DNA of 64,000 nt from an uncultured archaeon (GTDB lineage: Archaea; Thermoproteota; Bathyarchaeia; Bathyarchaeales; Bathycorpusculaceae), in assembly GCA_963810275.1 (NCBI GenBank), contig CAWENF010000019.1:32001-96000 (forward strand), read 5' to 3'. Position 1 is the first letter of the stretch. Each line of letters opens with the position of its first letter. A program made the position numbers and the translations under genes. A model generated the notes under the pieces. The model did not search any database. It was not told the DNA's origin and was given only the letters and a program-made list of their open reading frames with translations. Below are positions 50,511-60,889 of this stretch, one piece after another.

Positions 50511-51767
50511 TCAAGTTGTACCCATTTCCCATGAGGAAAGATACTTTTTCTGCTCATCTGTCAACTCATCAATCGCTATACCCATACTCTGCAGCTTCAT
50601 CTCAGCGATTTTCTCGTCAATCTCTTTTGGCACGATGTAAACTTTGGTTTCCAGCTTGTCTGATTTGGTGATGTATTCGGCGCAGAGTGCTTGGTTGGCA
50701 AAGGACATGTCCATGACTTCGCTTGGGTGACCTTCTGCCGCTGAGAGGTTGACTAGCCTGCCTTCTGCGAGCAGATAGAGGTGTCTGTCGTCTTTTGTGG
50801 TGTACTCTTCCATGTTGGGACGCATTGTTCTGTGAGAAACCGCCATTGACTCCAGCGATGGCACGTCGATTTCTACGTTGAAGTGGCCGCTGTTGCAGAT
50901 GATTGCACCGTCCTTCATTTTTTCCATGTGTTCTTTGCGGATGACGTGGATGTCTCCTGTGGCTGTTGCGAAGATGTCGCCGATTGGGGCTGCTTCAGAC
51001 ATGGGCATGACGCGCAATCCATTCATGACTGCTTCGAGTGCGCGGGTTGGTTGGACTTCGGTTACGATGACGTTTGCGCCTAGGCCTTGTGCGCGCATGG
51101 CGATGCCTCTGCTGCACCAGCCGTATCCGCCTACGACGAAGTTTTTGCCTGCCAGCAGTACGGATGTGGCTCTTAGGATGCCGTCAATGGTGCTTTGGCC
51201 TGTGCCGTAGCGGTTGTCAAAGAGGTATTTGGTTAGGGCTTCGTTCACGGCGACGATGGGATATTTGAGGCTGCTGTCTACTTCCATGGCTTTTAGGCGG
51301 ACCACGCCAGTGGTGGTTTCTTCGGTTCCGCCTTTGATGAGTGGGATGAGGTCTTGGCGTTTGCTGTGAATCATGCCAACGACATCTGCACCGTCGTCCA
51401 TGGTTATTGTGGGTTTGAATTCAAGGACTTTTTCGATGCATTTGTAGTAGTCTTCGGTGTTTTGTCCTCTCCATGCGAAAACGTGCACGCCTTCATCTGC
51501 GAGTGCTGCTGCGACGTCGTCTTGGGTTGAGAGGGGGTTGGAGCCGCAGAGGGCGACTTCTGCGCCGCCGGCTATAAGGACTTTGATGAGCACCGCGGTT
51601 TCTTTGGTTACGTGTAGGCACGCGGATAGGGTTTGCCCTTGTAGAGGCTTTTCTTTTTCGAAGCGTTCTTTGATAAGGTTTAGGACGGGCATGTGTTTTG
51701 CTGCCCATTCAATCTGTAAGTGACCTTGAGGGGCAAGGTTCATGTCTTTAACTTGGTAGTTTTGCAT
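50511..51767 (-). CDS. ahcY: Adenosylhomocysteinase
   Basis: [27 protein letters not shown] and GHPSEVMD motifs. Confidence 0.98.
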   Translation of the reverse strand: MQNYQVKDMNLAPQGHLQIEWAAKHMPVLNLIKERFEKEKPLQGQTLSACLHVTKETAVLIKVLIAGGAEVALCGSNPLSTQDDVAAALADEGVHVFAWRGQNTEDYYKCIEKVLEFKPTITMDDGADVVGMIHSKRQDLIPLIKGGTEETTTGVVRLKAMEVDSSLKYPIVAVNEALTKYLFDNRYGTGQSTIDGILRATSVLLAGKNFVVGGYGWCSRGIAMRAQGLGANVIVTEVQPTRALEAVMNGLRVMPMSEAAPIGDIFATATGDIHVIRKEHMEKMKDGAIICNSGHFNVEIDVPSLESMAVSHRTMRPNMEEYTTKDDRHLYLLAEGRLVNLSAAEGHPSEVMDMSFANQALCAEYITKSDKLETKVYIVPKEIDEKIAEMKLQSMGIAIDELTDEQKKYLSSWEMGTT

Positions 51768-51921
51768 TGGACGGTTCCTTCTGTTAAGAAGTTGTTTGTG
51801 GTTGTCCTTATTTAGAATTTACCTACATTTCATAAGGTGTAAAGTGTGGCGAGAGTTTGTTTGGGCTGGAAAAAGTTAAAGCCCGCCACAACCTCAAGTT
51901 AAACGTAGAGGGCATTACACA

Positions 51922-52521
51922 GTGAAAGAACCTTTCGCCGCTTTTGTAAAAAAACACCTAAAACCTGAGACTTTGGTGGTTACATGCGGGTTGCCTGCAA
52001 CCTACAAAACCGGAGTTGCAGAAGAAATCGCCAACATAAAGGTGTACCCTATTCTTCGTAGCGACCTGATTCGACTGGAAGTCCTCAAGGGTAAAGACAT
52101 TTTCGACACCAAAGTCGCGGGGAACATGAACAATCGCATGGCGGTTTATGAGGAAATGTTTCGACGTGCAGAAACGTTGGCTACCAAAGGAGGGGTTATT
52201 CTGGATGCAACCTTTGTGAAAGCGGCTCTGCGTGAAAGAGCGGCAGAAATAGCTGCAGAGAAGGGGCTGGCGCTTGCCATTTTTGAAACAAGCTGCCCCC
52301 AAGAAATCGCCTTAATCCGAATAAAAAACCGAACCAAAGAAAACTACCAGTCCAACGCGCTAACCGAAGAAGCTTACTTAGCCAACAAGAAAAACTTTGA
52401 ACCCGTAGACTTGGATGCTTTAAAGCAGCGGTTTCCCAGCCTTGAAGTTGCACACTACGTCGTAGATACCAGCGTGTACGGCATAGCTAACTGGACAGTA
52501 ATTAGAGAAGAGCAGAGGTAA
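51922..52521 (+). CDS. AAA_33 kinase-like P-loop protein with a degenerate Walker A
   Basis: CGLPATYKT, LRSD.IR and VILDATF motifs. Confidence 0.85.
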   Translation: MKEPFAAFVKKHLKPETLVVTCGLPATYKTGVAEEIANIKVYPILRSDLIRLEVLKGKDIFDTKVAGNMNNRMAVYEEMFRRAETLATKGGVILDATFVKAALRERAAEIAAEKGLALAIFETSCPQEIALIRIKNRTKENYQSNALTEEAYLANKKNFEPVDLDALKQRFPSLEVAHYVVDTSVYGIANWTVIREEQR

Positions 52522-52526
52522 AAGTT

Positions 52527-53387
52527 TTGATTGATTTGCATATTCACTCCAAAGCCTCAGATGGCAAATTCAGTACCCAAGAAATCATATCGGCGGCCAT
52601 AAACCGAAGCATCAAGGTCATGGCAATCACAGACCACGATAACATAAGCTGCCAAACCAAAGCCGCCGAAGAAGCAAAAAAAGCAAACATCAAGTACATA
52701 ACGGGCGTAGAGTTGAACGTAACTTTCTCGTACCCAAAATACAGGGAAGGCAAACCAATCTCGCTTGATTTCTTAGGCTACCAATTCGACCCCAACAATC
52801 ATGCGCTGGTTGACAAGTTGGTGTTGATGGCGAAGTATCGTATGGAGCGGGCAGAGAAGATTTTTAGTAACCTTAACGCGGAATTTGAAAAACAAAACAT
52901 ACCCGCCTTAACATCAGAGGATATGCGTAGAATTGAAGAAACTGTTGAAGGCTCTCTGGGCAGACCGCACATTGCGGATTACCTCGTCAAGAAGGGGATT
53001 GTTGCTAGTCGCCAAGAAGCATTTAACCAGTATTTAGTGAAATGCGATGTACCCAAATATCCCCTGCACCTGCCAGAAGCCTCAAGACTCGTCAAAGAAG
53101 CAGGAGGCAAACTAGTGATAGCACACCCAAACGACTCATACGGAACATCACTTTCGCCAATAACCAAGGATCTCTCCGAGCAGACGCAGATAATCAAAAG
53201 AACAATGCTTGACCACATTGATGGTATGGAATGTTTCCATCCAAGTCACAGCGCCGAATCGACAAGCCACTACGTTGCATTTGCCAAGGAGCAGGGTTTG
53301 TTGATGACGGGGGGCAGTGACTGCCACCAGAAGCCAGTTATAATGGGCTCGGTAGCAGTTCCCCACTGGGTTGCAGATCAATTCTAA
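52527..53387 (+). CDS. PHP-domain phosphoesterase
   Basis: DLHIHS.ASDG, ITDHD, GRPH, AHP and GGSDCH motifs. Confidence 0.95.
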   Translation: MIDLHIHSKASDGKFSTQEIISAAINRSIKVMAITDHDNISCQTKAAEEAKKANIKYITGVELNVTFSYPKYREGKPISLDFLGYQFDPNNHALVDKLVLMAKYRMERAEKIFSNLNAEFEKQNIPALTSEDMRRIEETVEGSLGRPHIADYLVKKGIVASRQEAFNQYLVKCDVPKYPLHLPEASRLVKEAGGKLVIAHPNDSYGTSLSPITKDLSEQTQIIKRTMLDHIDGMECFHPSHSAESTSHYVAFAKEQGLLMTGGSDCHQKPVIMGSVAVPHWVADQF

Positions 53388-53398
53388 AAAGTGGGAAG

Positions 53399-54409
53399 TT
53401 AGAGATTTTTTGCGTACTTGGCGGCTAGCTGCATATACGCTGAGGCTTCTTTGGTGGCGGCTACTTTTCCTTCTTGGTTAATGTTCTGGTCGTCAAGACG
53501 GAAGCTTACAACTTTGCCCCGCACGTAGGCACGGTAGCACTTGTAGAACGGCAGCAGTTTGGGTAGTTCTGTGTCTTTGGAGTATCCAATGTATTTCTCA
53601 AGGAAGTAGTCTGCTAAGTCAGAGCGGTTTTGGTAGTCAAGGTCCATGGCTAAGAATGCTACGTCGGCAGCTACGTCGCTGTAGCGGAAGCGGTCGTTGA
53701 ATTCGATGGCGTCGAATATGCAGATTTTATCCGTGACAAAGATGTTGCCGCTGTGGAGGTCGCCGTGGCAATCTCGGATGCGTTTGCCTTCAAGTCGGCT
53801 CTGGAAAAGAGCCGCGTTGTCGGCTATGAAGCTGTTGATTTTTGTCTGTATTAAATCAAAATCGTCTTGGGTGACGGTTTGACCAATGTACTTTTGGGTT
53901 TGGGCAAAGTTTTCGTCCCAGTTGAATTTGACGGTGTTTATGCCGCCGATTTCAGATATCTGCTCGTTGGTCAATGCCTCAGAGTGGAATTTGGCGACGG
54001 TTTTGGCTAATTCGTCGATGGTTTCTCTGCTGATTTTGCCTTCCCACAGCAGATATGTCATGATGCATTCTTGTGGCAGCCGATTCATTTTGAGGGCGTA
54101 CTCCACGGGTTCGCCGTCTCCGCCGAGCTTTAGTCCCCCGGCTTGGTTGGTTATAGGGACCACGGATAGGTAAATTTCGGGGCAGAGCCGCCTGTTCAGC
54201 GCCAACTCCTTCTCGCAGTACATCTTGCGTTTTTCCAGCGTTGAGAAATCAAGAAATCCAAAGTTAACGGGTTTTTTGATTTTGTAAACGTAGTTGTCGA
54301 TTAAGAACACAAATGAGATGTGAGTTTGGATCAACTCGATTTTGTCTGTGGGTTGAGGGTAGGTTTCAGGTTTAGACATGGCTTCGACTATGGGGTTGTT
54401 TGACTGCAT
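53399..54409 (-). CDS. Aminoglycoside-phosphotransferase-like kinase (COG2187 N-terminal type)
   Basis: QTHISFVFL, YKIKKPV, CHGDLH, FDAIEFN and YRAYVRGKV motifs; start at MQSNN. Confidence 0.92.
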   Translation of the reverse strand: MQSNNPIVEAMSKPETYPQPTDKIELIQTHISFVFLIDNYVYKIKKPVNFGFLDFSTLEKRKMYCEKELALNRRLCPEIYLSVVPITNQAGGLKLGGDGEPVEYALKMNRLPQECIMTYLLWEGKISRETIDELAKTVAKFHSEALTNEQISEIGGINTVKFNWDENFAQTQKYIGQTVTQDDFDLIQTKINSFIADNAALFQSRLEGKRIRDCHGDLHSGNIFVTDKICIFDAIEFNDRFRYSDVAADVAFLAMDLDYQNRSDLADYFLEKYIGYSKDTELPKLLPFYKCYRAYVRGKVVSFRLDDQNINQEGKVAATKEASAYMQLAAKYAKNL

Positions 54410-54632
54410 TCTCTGTTTGCCTCTACGGTAGTCTTTTGTTGTGCAAACCAATAAAGTTAGGGGTACCAAGCCGCCGATGAGGAAGGGTTTGGTTAACTGT
54501 ATATTTAACTTTGAAGGTGTTTTGTTGATTGCGATGCAAACGGAAGAGCACAACGACTTAAAAAGAAGCATTAATGAAACGTGGTTACAGCGGCATCTTG
54601 GCTTATAAAATATTTACCCATTATCTTAATAC

Positions 54633-55250
54633 TTACTTGAAACTTTTAACGTAAGCTAACACATTGTCTGCCTGCTCTTTTGAGATGCGTTTGTTTTGTT
54701 GTAGCGAAGCGACTACGTCGGTGATTTTTGATAGGGCATGCACTTGGTAGTCTTGTTTTTCTAGGTTTTCTTTGCCGCCGTGTTCACGGTTCACGACAAC
54801 AAGCATGTGGTGAACAGTTGCGCCTAATTCTTGAAGCGGTTTTACGCCTTCAATTTTGCTGAGTCCCTCGCTGACAACGTCGTCAAAGAACAGTATATTG
54901 TCGCCCTCTGCCACGTCTACACCAGCGGTTCTACCTGTGATGCCGTAGGCTTTAGCTTCCTTGCGCACTATGACGCAGGGCAAATCCAGTTTTATAGCGA
55001 TGCTAGGTGCAATTAGGGCGCCTTTGAGTTCGATGCTGGCAAGTTTGTTTATGGGGTCATAGGCTGATATTTCCCGGATTTTTAGGGCTGCAACTTCTGC
55101 GATGATGTCGAGTTGTTTGGGCGCTGCTAGCACGCGAGCTAAGTCGATGTAGTAGGGGCTGACTGCGCCTGATTTGATTTTGAAGCTGCCAAACCGGAGG
55201 CATCCAGAAAGATATAGGGCGTCTGCGATTTTGTCGGTTGTTGTGGACAT
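54633..55250 (-). CDS. pyrE: Orotate phosphoribosyltransferase
   Basis: FKIKSG..SPYYID, RKEAKAYG and FDDVVSEG motifs. Confidence 0.94.
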   Translation of the reverse strand: MSTTTDKIADALYLSGCLRFGSFKIKSGAVSPYYIDLARVLAAPKQLDIIAEVAALKIREISAYDPINKLASIELKGALIAPSIAIKLDLPCVIVRKEAKAYGITGRTAGVDVAEGDNILFFDDVVSEGLSKIEGVKPLQELGATVHHMLVVVNREHGGKENLEKQDYQVHALSKITDVVASLQQNKRISKEQADNVLAYVKSFK

Positions 55251-55543
55251 GTGGTTTCCCCATTTTGAATTGACGACTGCAAATTTAACCCTTTAGCAGG
55301 CTTGTCAGGATAATAGGGGGCTTAACATGACGCCACACCACACGGCGCTTATTCAACATAGGTTCTATGGTGGCATGTGCAAGAAAACGGCGTTGCCACA
55401 TGCGTCAGACAAACAAAAACAGCCCGAACCCAAAAGCAACCGTCTTAAGCGCCTATCTTGTGGTGCCCCAAAAAACCAAAACTCACATAAAGAGAGAAAA
55501 CATTTTTAACAAAAAGAGAAAACGGAGTCCCAAGCAACCGCCA

Positions 55544-56512
55544 CTAAACAACCAAATCAGCCATGTCTACACTACGCTCATAAATCTGCCGCAGAAAAGA
55601 CACCGTAGACAAAACCTCAGGCAACAGATCCACAGATGATTCCTTCGCCGCCACTTCAATACGCTGGCAGTTATCATCAATCGTTAATCTCATGCCACGC
55701 ACACCTTCTGCCTGCGAGATATCTCTGCTCAAAAACGATTTAAACGCTTGCTCGTTAGCGTCACAGCAGCTAACCTGCAACTCAAGCAGCAATTTACGCA
55801 AGTTCTCAGGAAGCTTATTTGACAACGTCAAAGTGTCAGATGCAATTTGCACGCAGGCATCCCCAATACCTTCTATGAAGCCTGCAGCCAAACGGTAGTC
55901 AAGACACTCAATTGGAGTGATTGCGAATTTTTCGCCAAGCCGCGGATTTTGCAGAATGGTCCTTAGGATTCTAACAAGCAGGAAATAGAATTTATTGTTC
56001 TCTACATCACGCTCAATAACGTTCTTTGCCACGTCAATATCCAAGTTAACAAAAGAGCTAGCCGCATCTCGAATCATACGAGCTGCGCTGGCGTGGTTGC
56101 GTTGCAGAATTTTGCCTGGTGAAGTGAAGGGTTGCTGCATAAGACACTGAAGCGTCATCATCGACGTTGTTTCCTCAACAATCATCAAGCCTGCCAGCAA
56201 GTTAACCGTGGATTTTACCTGGTTGCGAACGTTAGAGTCGATGCGGTCTTTAGCTTCGACGCGGATGATATCGTATCCAAGTAGGTAACGCCCGATGATT
56301 TCGCGGCTCAAGAAAGGTCCGATTTTCAGTGCGGATTCTTTAGGTTGGGGCTCAACGTCAAATTGAGTATCTATGAAAAGTTTACCATCACCTGTTACTT
56401 CCAAGTTGACTTGAGACCCTTTCTGAAGACCGTGTTCTTTAGCCCAATCTCTAGGCAGGCAAACAAAAAAAGTACCTGTGGGAGTCTGCTGGACTTTGCG
56501 AATATCACTCAT
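55544..56512 (-). CDS. AbrB-PhoU phosphate uptake regulator
   Basis: RKVQ...GTFFVCLPRDW, YLLGYD and EGIGD motifs. Confidence 0.92.
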   Translation of the reverse strand: MSDIRKVQQTPTGTFFVCLPRDWAKEHGLQKGSQVNLEVTGDGKLFIDTQFDVEPQPKESALKIGPFLSREIIGRYLLGYDIIRVEAKDRIDSNVRNQVKSTVNLLAGLMIVEETTSMMTLQCLMQQPFTSPGKILQRNHASAARMIRDAASSFVNLDIDVAKNVIERDVENNKFYFLLVRILRTILQNPRLGEKFAITPIECLDYRLAAGFIEGIGDACVQIASDTLTLSNKLPENLRKLLLELQVSCCDANEQAFKSFLSRDISQAEGVRGMRLTIDDNCQRIEVAAKESSVDLLPEVLSTVSFLRQIYERSVDMADLVV

Positions 56513-56723
56513 AGGGTTGCACCTTGATATAACGTATCTAAACATTTGTGTGCATATATAAATTGCTTAATGCTTAATCGTTAGAAAATAAAAAAATAAA
56601 TCAGAAACATCTTTTTACAGCTATCTGATTACTGGCGCAATTAAGGTAGCGAACAAAAAACAGTAAATAACTCATACACAATACTGCCTAACCATTAAAG
56701 TAACTTGATTATGGGCAGAGCGG

Positions 56724-58352
56724 ATGAGTTCACAAGAGAAACTTAAAGCGGCAATTGAAGCAACAATAACGGCAGGTTACCAGCTAAACAGCGAAGCCTT
56801 TGAGTTCCTAATTCAAAACGCCGAAACCAGCGACCCCTTAGCAGTTATGAATTTGGCGCTAGAAAAAATTTCTGGAATTGCCGATAAGCCGATGTTTATT
56901 GAAAAAGAATTTCTTGAAGCAATTATGCAGCAAGCCACCTTAGGATCCACCCAGGTAGTGGTCGAGCAATCCAGACCAGAGGCGCCAGCCTCACTAATGG
57001 AGGAATCCATACCCACTTCTGAGGAAACAGAGCCAAGTTACCAGCGAAAAATAGAAGATCTACAGGCGAGCGAGGTGGAAAACTCTTTTTTCCCCTACGC
57101 CAAAGACATCCCTTCAGAACTAAAAATAATCGACGACTGCACAGGCAAACTAACCTCAAACGGCAGTCTCGAAGAATACGCAGGCTTATTCCAAGACCGC
57201 TTCAAACGCGTCGAAAAAATACTACGCCAAAGAATGGATGTAAAAGCCGCCACGCCACTAACTGAAGCGCTTAAATCGCAGCCTAAAACCAAACTAAAAG
57301 TCATCTGCATGCTAACTGATAGACGGGACTCAAAAAATAACACAATGCTCTCAGTGGAGGACTTGGGAGGCAGTGCAACCATACTGGTTCCACAGAAAGC
57401 ACCTGAAGAAGTGAAAAAGAAGGTTCTTACCCTTTTACCTGATACGGTGTTCTGCGCTGCCGTAGTCAAAACACGCACTAACCTGCTTATGGCTGAAGAT
57501 ATAATTCTGCCCGAAGTAGGACGAAAAATAGTTCAGAAAGCACAGGAACCCATTTACGCCGTGTTAACCTCAGACATTCATGTTGGCAGCACAAAATTTA
57601 CCAAACAAGCGTTCAGAAACTTTATCCTCTGGCTACGCGGCAAATGGGGACAGCCATGGATGCGAGAAATCGCTGGCAGAGTAAAATATCTACTCATAGC
57701 AGGGGACATCGTGGACGGAGTAGGCATCTATCCCGACCAGCAAAAAGAGCTAACCATTCGCGACGTCACCAAACAATACAATTTTGCAATAAAGTATTTA
57801 GAAAAAGTTCCAGACTACATTGAAATCGTTCTTTCCCCAGGCAATCACGATGCCGCACGTAAATCTCAGCCTCAGCCAGCGATCCCCGAAAGCTATCTTG
57901 CCGCAATAAAAGGCAAAAAAAACATTTACTCTGTTGGCAGCCCATGCTACCTCAGCTTGCATGGCATAGAAGTATTGATTTACCATGGTGTAAGTCTAAA
58001 CGACATCATTGGCGTGGTGCCAGGCATGGATAGTAACTTCCCGCAGAAACCAATGAGTTTGCTTATGCAATGTCGACATTTAGCGCCAATGTATGGAGGC
58101 AAAACAATGCTTTCACCAGAAAACCGCGATTATTTGGTTATAGACAGAGTTCCTGACATTTTCCATTCAGGACACATTCACATTTTAGGCTACTGTAAGT
58201 ATCGCGGCGTGCTTGTGGTAAACAGTGGGGGCTGGCAAGATCAAACTGAGTACATGGAAAAAATAGGGTTGATGCCTACACCCGGTAAAGTGCCAGTCGT
58301 TAATTTGCAGACCATGGAAATTCGAGTGCTGGATTTCATGAAGGAACATTAA
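56724..58352 (+). CDS. polB: DNA polymerase D small (exonuclease) subunit DP1
   Basis: SDIHVGS, GDIVDGVGIYP, PGNHD, RHLAP.YG, HSGHIH and NSGGWQ.QT motifs. Confidence 0.97.
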   Translation: MSSQEKLKAAIEATITAGYQLNSEAFEFLIQNAETSDPLAVMNLALEKISGIADKPMFIEKEFLEAIMQQATLGSTQVVVEQSRPEAPASLMEESIPTSEETEPSYQRKIEDLQASEVENSFFPYAKDIPSELKIIDDCTGKLTSNGSLEEYAGLFQDRFKRVEKILRQRMDVKAATPLTEALKSQPKTKLKVICMLTDRRDSKNNTMLSVEDLGGSATILVPQKAPEEVKKKVLTLLPDTVFCAAVVKTRTNLLMAEDIILPEVGRKIVQKAQEPIYAVLTSDIHVGSTKFTKQAFRNFILWLRGKWGQPWMREIAGRVKYLLIAGDIVDGVGIYPDQQKELTIRDVTKQYNFAIKYLEKVPDYIEIVLSPGNHDAARKSQPQPAIPESYLAAIKGKKNIYSVGSPCYLSLHGIEVLIYHGVSLNDIIGVVPGMDSNFPQKPMSLLMQCRHLAPMYGGKTMLSPENRDYLVIDRVPDIFHSGHIHILGYCKYRGVLVVNSGGWQDQTEYMEKIGLMPTPGKVPVVNLQTMEIRVLDFMKEH

Positions 58353-59581
58353 GAATCTGTTTTACGCGTACCTTTAGGTGTATATGCCAGTAAGGGGGCG
58401 AAGCGTGCGTCTTCACTAAACACATCTTTTATGAGGCTGCGGCTGATTTCAAGGCGGATTTTTTTAGTTCTACCATACCTGCCCATGCTTACCACTTTGG
58501 CATTAACCAGTCCCATGGAATCCAACTCGTTAACTAACGTACCCAGTCTGCGTTGTGTAAGAAGTCCCGAGCCTGTTTCGCCACATAGTTCATTATAAAT
58601 GTCATAGATTTCGCCTGTAGTAGCGCTGGACTTGTTTAGATGATAAACACTTAATAGCACAAGTTTTGACTGGAGGGTCAAGTTTTTGAGGGCGTCAATG
58701 ACACGGTTGTGCTCTATGTGTTTTTCAGCTTGACGTACATGCTCTTCAGAGACCACTTTTAGTCCTTGGCGTTCGGCGACTTCACCTGCAACACGAAGCA
58801 AATCCAAGGCGCGACGTGCGTCTCCATGTTCAGCTGCGGCTAGTGCAGAAGATATGCTTAAAGCCGAGTCGGAGAGTGCACCTTCTTGAAAGGCTATTTT
58901 AGAACGTTCAAAGAGGATGTTTCTTAACTCGCCTGCATCATAAGGGCGGAAAACTAACTCTTCTTCACTCAGTGAACTAAACACACGGGGGTCGAGAAAT
59001 TCTTTGAGGCGCAGGTCATTTGAGATACCTATTATTGAGACTTTGCTTTTATGTAGGGTTTCGTTGATGCGGGTGAGTTCGTACATGAAGGAGTCGCCGC
59101 GGTCTTTGATTAAGGCATCTACCTCATCAAGCACTATTATGAAAATTATGTGTGATTGGTCCAGTCCACTTCGGAACCTGTCAATTACTTCACCTACAGA
59201 GAGGCCTGTAAATGGTATAGATAAACCTACACTTTGACTTAGACTGGCAAATACGCGGTACTCAGAGCCGGTCATGCGGCAGTTTATGTAGCAGAATTTT
59301 ATTTTGGCTCCATACTCTTTTGCTTTGGATTCAAGATGACTTAGAACATATTTTGTGACCGCGGTTTTTCCTGTGCCAGTTTTGCCGTATATGAATATAT
59401 TTGAGCATCGTGCGTCGCGAAGCACTGGCGCAACTGTGGAGCCCAAGAGCCTTATTTGGTCTTCTCTGTGAGGTAACTTTTCAGGTAGATAATCGTGTCT
59501 TAGAACTTCACGGTCTTTGAAGACTTTGGCGCCTTTAACAAATTTGTCGAATACGTCATCTAGTACATTTGAGTTACCCAT
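58349..59581 (-). CDS. cdc6: Orc1/Cdc6 replication initiator
   Basis: GKTGTGKT, VLDEVD, HGDARRALDLLR and GRYGRT wing motifs. Confidence 0.98.
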   Translation of the reverse strand: MGNSNVLDDVFDKFVKGAKVFKDREVLRHDYLPEKLPHREDQIRLLGSTVAPVLRDARCSNIFIYGKTGTGKTAVTKYVLSHLESKAKEYGAKIKFCYINCRMTGSEYRVFASLSQSVGLSIPFTGLSVGEVIDRFRSGLDQSHIIFIIVLDEVDALIKDRGDSFMYELTRINETLHKSKVSIIGISNDLRLKEFLDPRVFSSLSEEELVFRPYDAGELRNILFERSKIAFQEGALSDSALSISSALAAAEHGDARRALDLLRVAGEVAERQGLKVVSEEHVRQAEKHIEHNRVIDALKNLTLQSKLVLLSVYHLNKSSATTGEIYDIYNELCGETGSGLLTQRRLGTLVNELDSMGLVNAKVVSMGRYGRTKKIRLEISRSLIKDVFSEDARFAPLLAYTPKGTRKTDS

Positions 59582-59610
59582 TATCCCGCTTCCATTTTTT
59601 TCAGAGGTAC

Positions 59611-60189
59611 AACCGTTATTTCTACTGGAACAGATAAAGGCTGTAGTACAAAAAACTTGTTAAAAACAACAATATTTCTTAAAGAAGATGAAAATAACAA
59701 GCAACAACAAAGCGATGCACACACCCCAAGGTTTCGACTGGAAAAATCAGGTTAAATTAAATAAAATCCTATTATTACTCTATACAAAAACTATACTCTT
59801 TATAATAAATTAATTTTTTATATATTAATAATATCTATCCAAAAAATTAAACTGAATCACTGCAAAGTTTTTTTCTGACTTTCCTGAACTCTTTTTTGTC
59901 GCAAAATCCTCCAAAGGAAACATAGGGGTGTGCCTGTGCCATAAAAACCATTGAAAAAAGGGCTAAACTGTCCATGAACTTACTTGAACAACTAAACTAC
60001 TTATCCCTCTTTGTGTAAAACATCTTGAAGCCACTTACCTTGAATTTTTTGCACTGCTTCACATTCACAAAGTTGTGAATACATGTGAAATACCAAAAAA
60101 TCTGACAGCTTAAAACGGCTCTTTTCCTCCGAATTACTATTATTCTGTCACTTAACTGTGAATAAGCCACCCCTACGTTTCTACTGGAA
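59611..60189. promoter_or_regulatory. Replication origin oriC: four ORBs and an AT-rich DUE
   Basis: ORBs at 59611-59631(-) GTTCCAGTAGAAATAACGGTT, 59724-59743(-) TTCCAGTCGAAACCTTGGGG, 59909-59928(+) CTCCAAAGGAAACATAGGGG and 60170-60189(-) TTCCAGTAGAAACGTAGGGG; AT-rich tract at about 59752-59850. Confidence 0.92.
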
Positions 60190-60870
60190 AATCAAAACAG
60201 ACGCACAGCAATTGAGCTTTTTCCATTTCCTAAATTTGTGAAGCTTGTAAAACCAAAAAATGGTTAAATTATGGTTAAAAAGCATAAATAACAATGAAAT
60301 AAGCTTTTTACATTACCTTATTTCACCATCACAGTTATATCCTGTGAAACACAGAGTTTGTGAACAACCTATAGGTGAACGTATAGTGCCGGCCCGCAAA
60401 ATGCGCGTGGAGCTCTTCGACAGCGATGGCAATCGATATACCATTGCGTTTGAGGGTCAAGTGACCCGTGATAAAGCTCTGCGGCTGCTTGATCTTGTTG
60501 AGCTTTTAGGCGGCACTCAAGGCGAAGTACCTACGGCAAGCGCTCCAGCAATGCAGAATCGTTCGCTGTCGCGTTTTGAAAAAGTCCAGTTAATTATTCA
60601 GAAAAATTTCCCACTAATCTGGTTTAATTCGAAAGACATCCAATCTCTGTATGAACAGGAGCTAAAAGAACCCGTTAGCTTAAGCACAATTTCCACTTAC
60701 CTTTCCAGAATGGCCACTAAGGGGCTTTTGATGCGAACTGGGACATCAAACAATCTGAAATATAAAACTGCACCAAATATTCCAGTTGCCACCCTTAAAC
60801 AGCGAATAAAGTAGTTCACAACACTTCAAATTTACTTCACAACTGTTCACATCAAGCCTGTTTTTGTGAA
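60058..60870. repeat. Clustered GTGAA/TTCAC pentamers flanking the 60386 gene
   Basis: 14 intergenic copies, e.g. at 60058, 60064, 60075, 60085, 60344, 60360, 60815, 60836, 60846 and 60866. Confidence 0.65.
60386..60814 (+). CDS. oriC-adjacent protein with C-terminal winged HTH
   Basis: GGTGA RBS with GTG start; WFNSKDIQ..YE...VSLSTISTYLSRM..KGLL.R.G...KY. Confidence 0.85.
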   Translation: MPARKMRVELFDSDGNRYTIAFEGQVTRDKALRLLDLVELLGGTQGEVPTASAPAMQNRSLSRFEKVQLIIQKNFPLIWFNSKDIQSLYEQELKEPVSLSTISTYLSRMATKGLLMRTGTSNNLKYKTAPNIPVATLKQRIK

Positions 60871-60889
60871 ACCAAAAAAAAAGCTGAAA

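Noticed and set aside
55327-55509. 60-aa ORF after an AGGGGG motif
   Set aside because: It has no recognisable features or supporting context.
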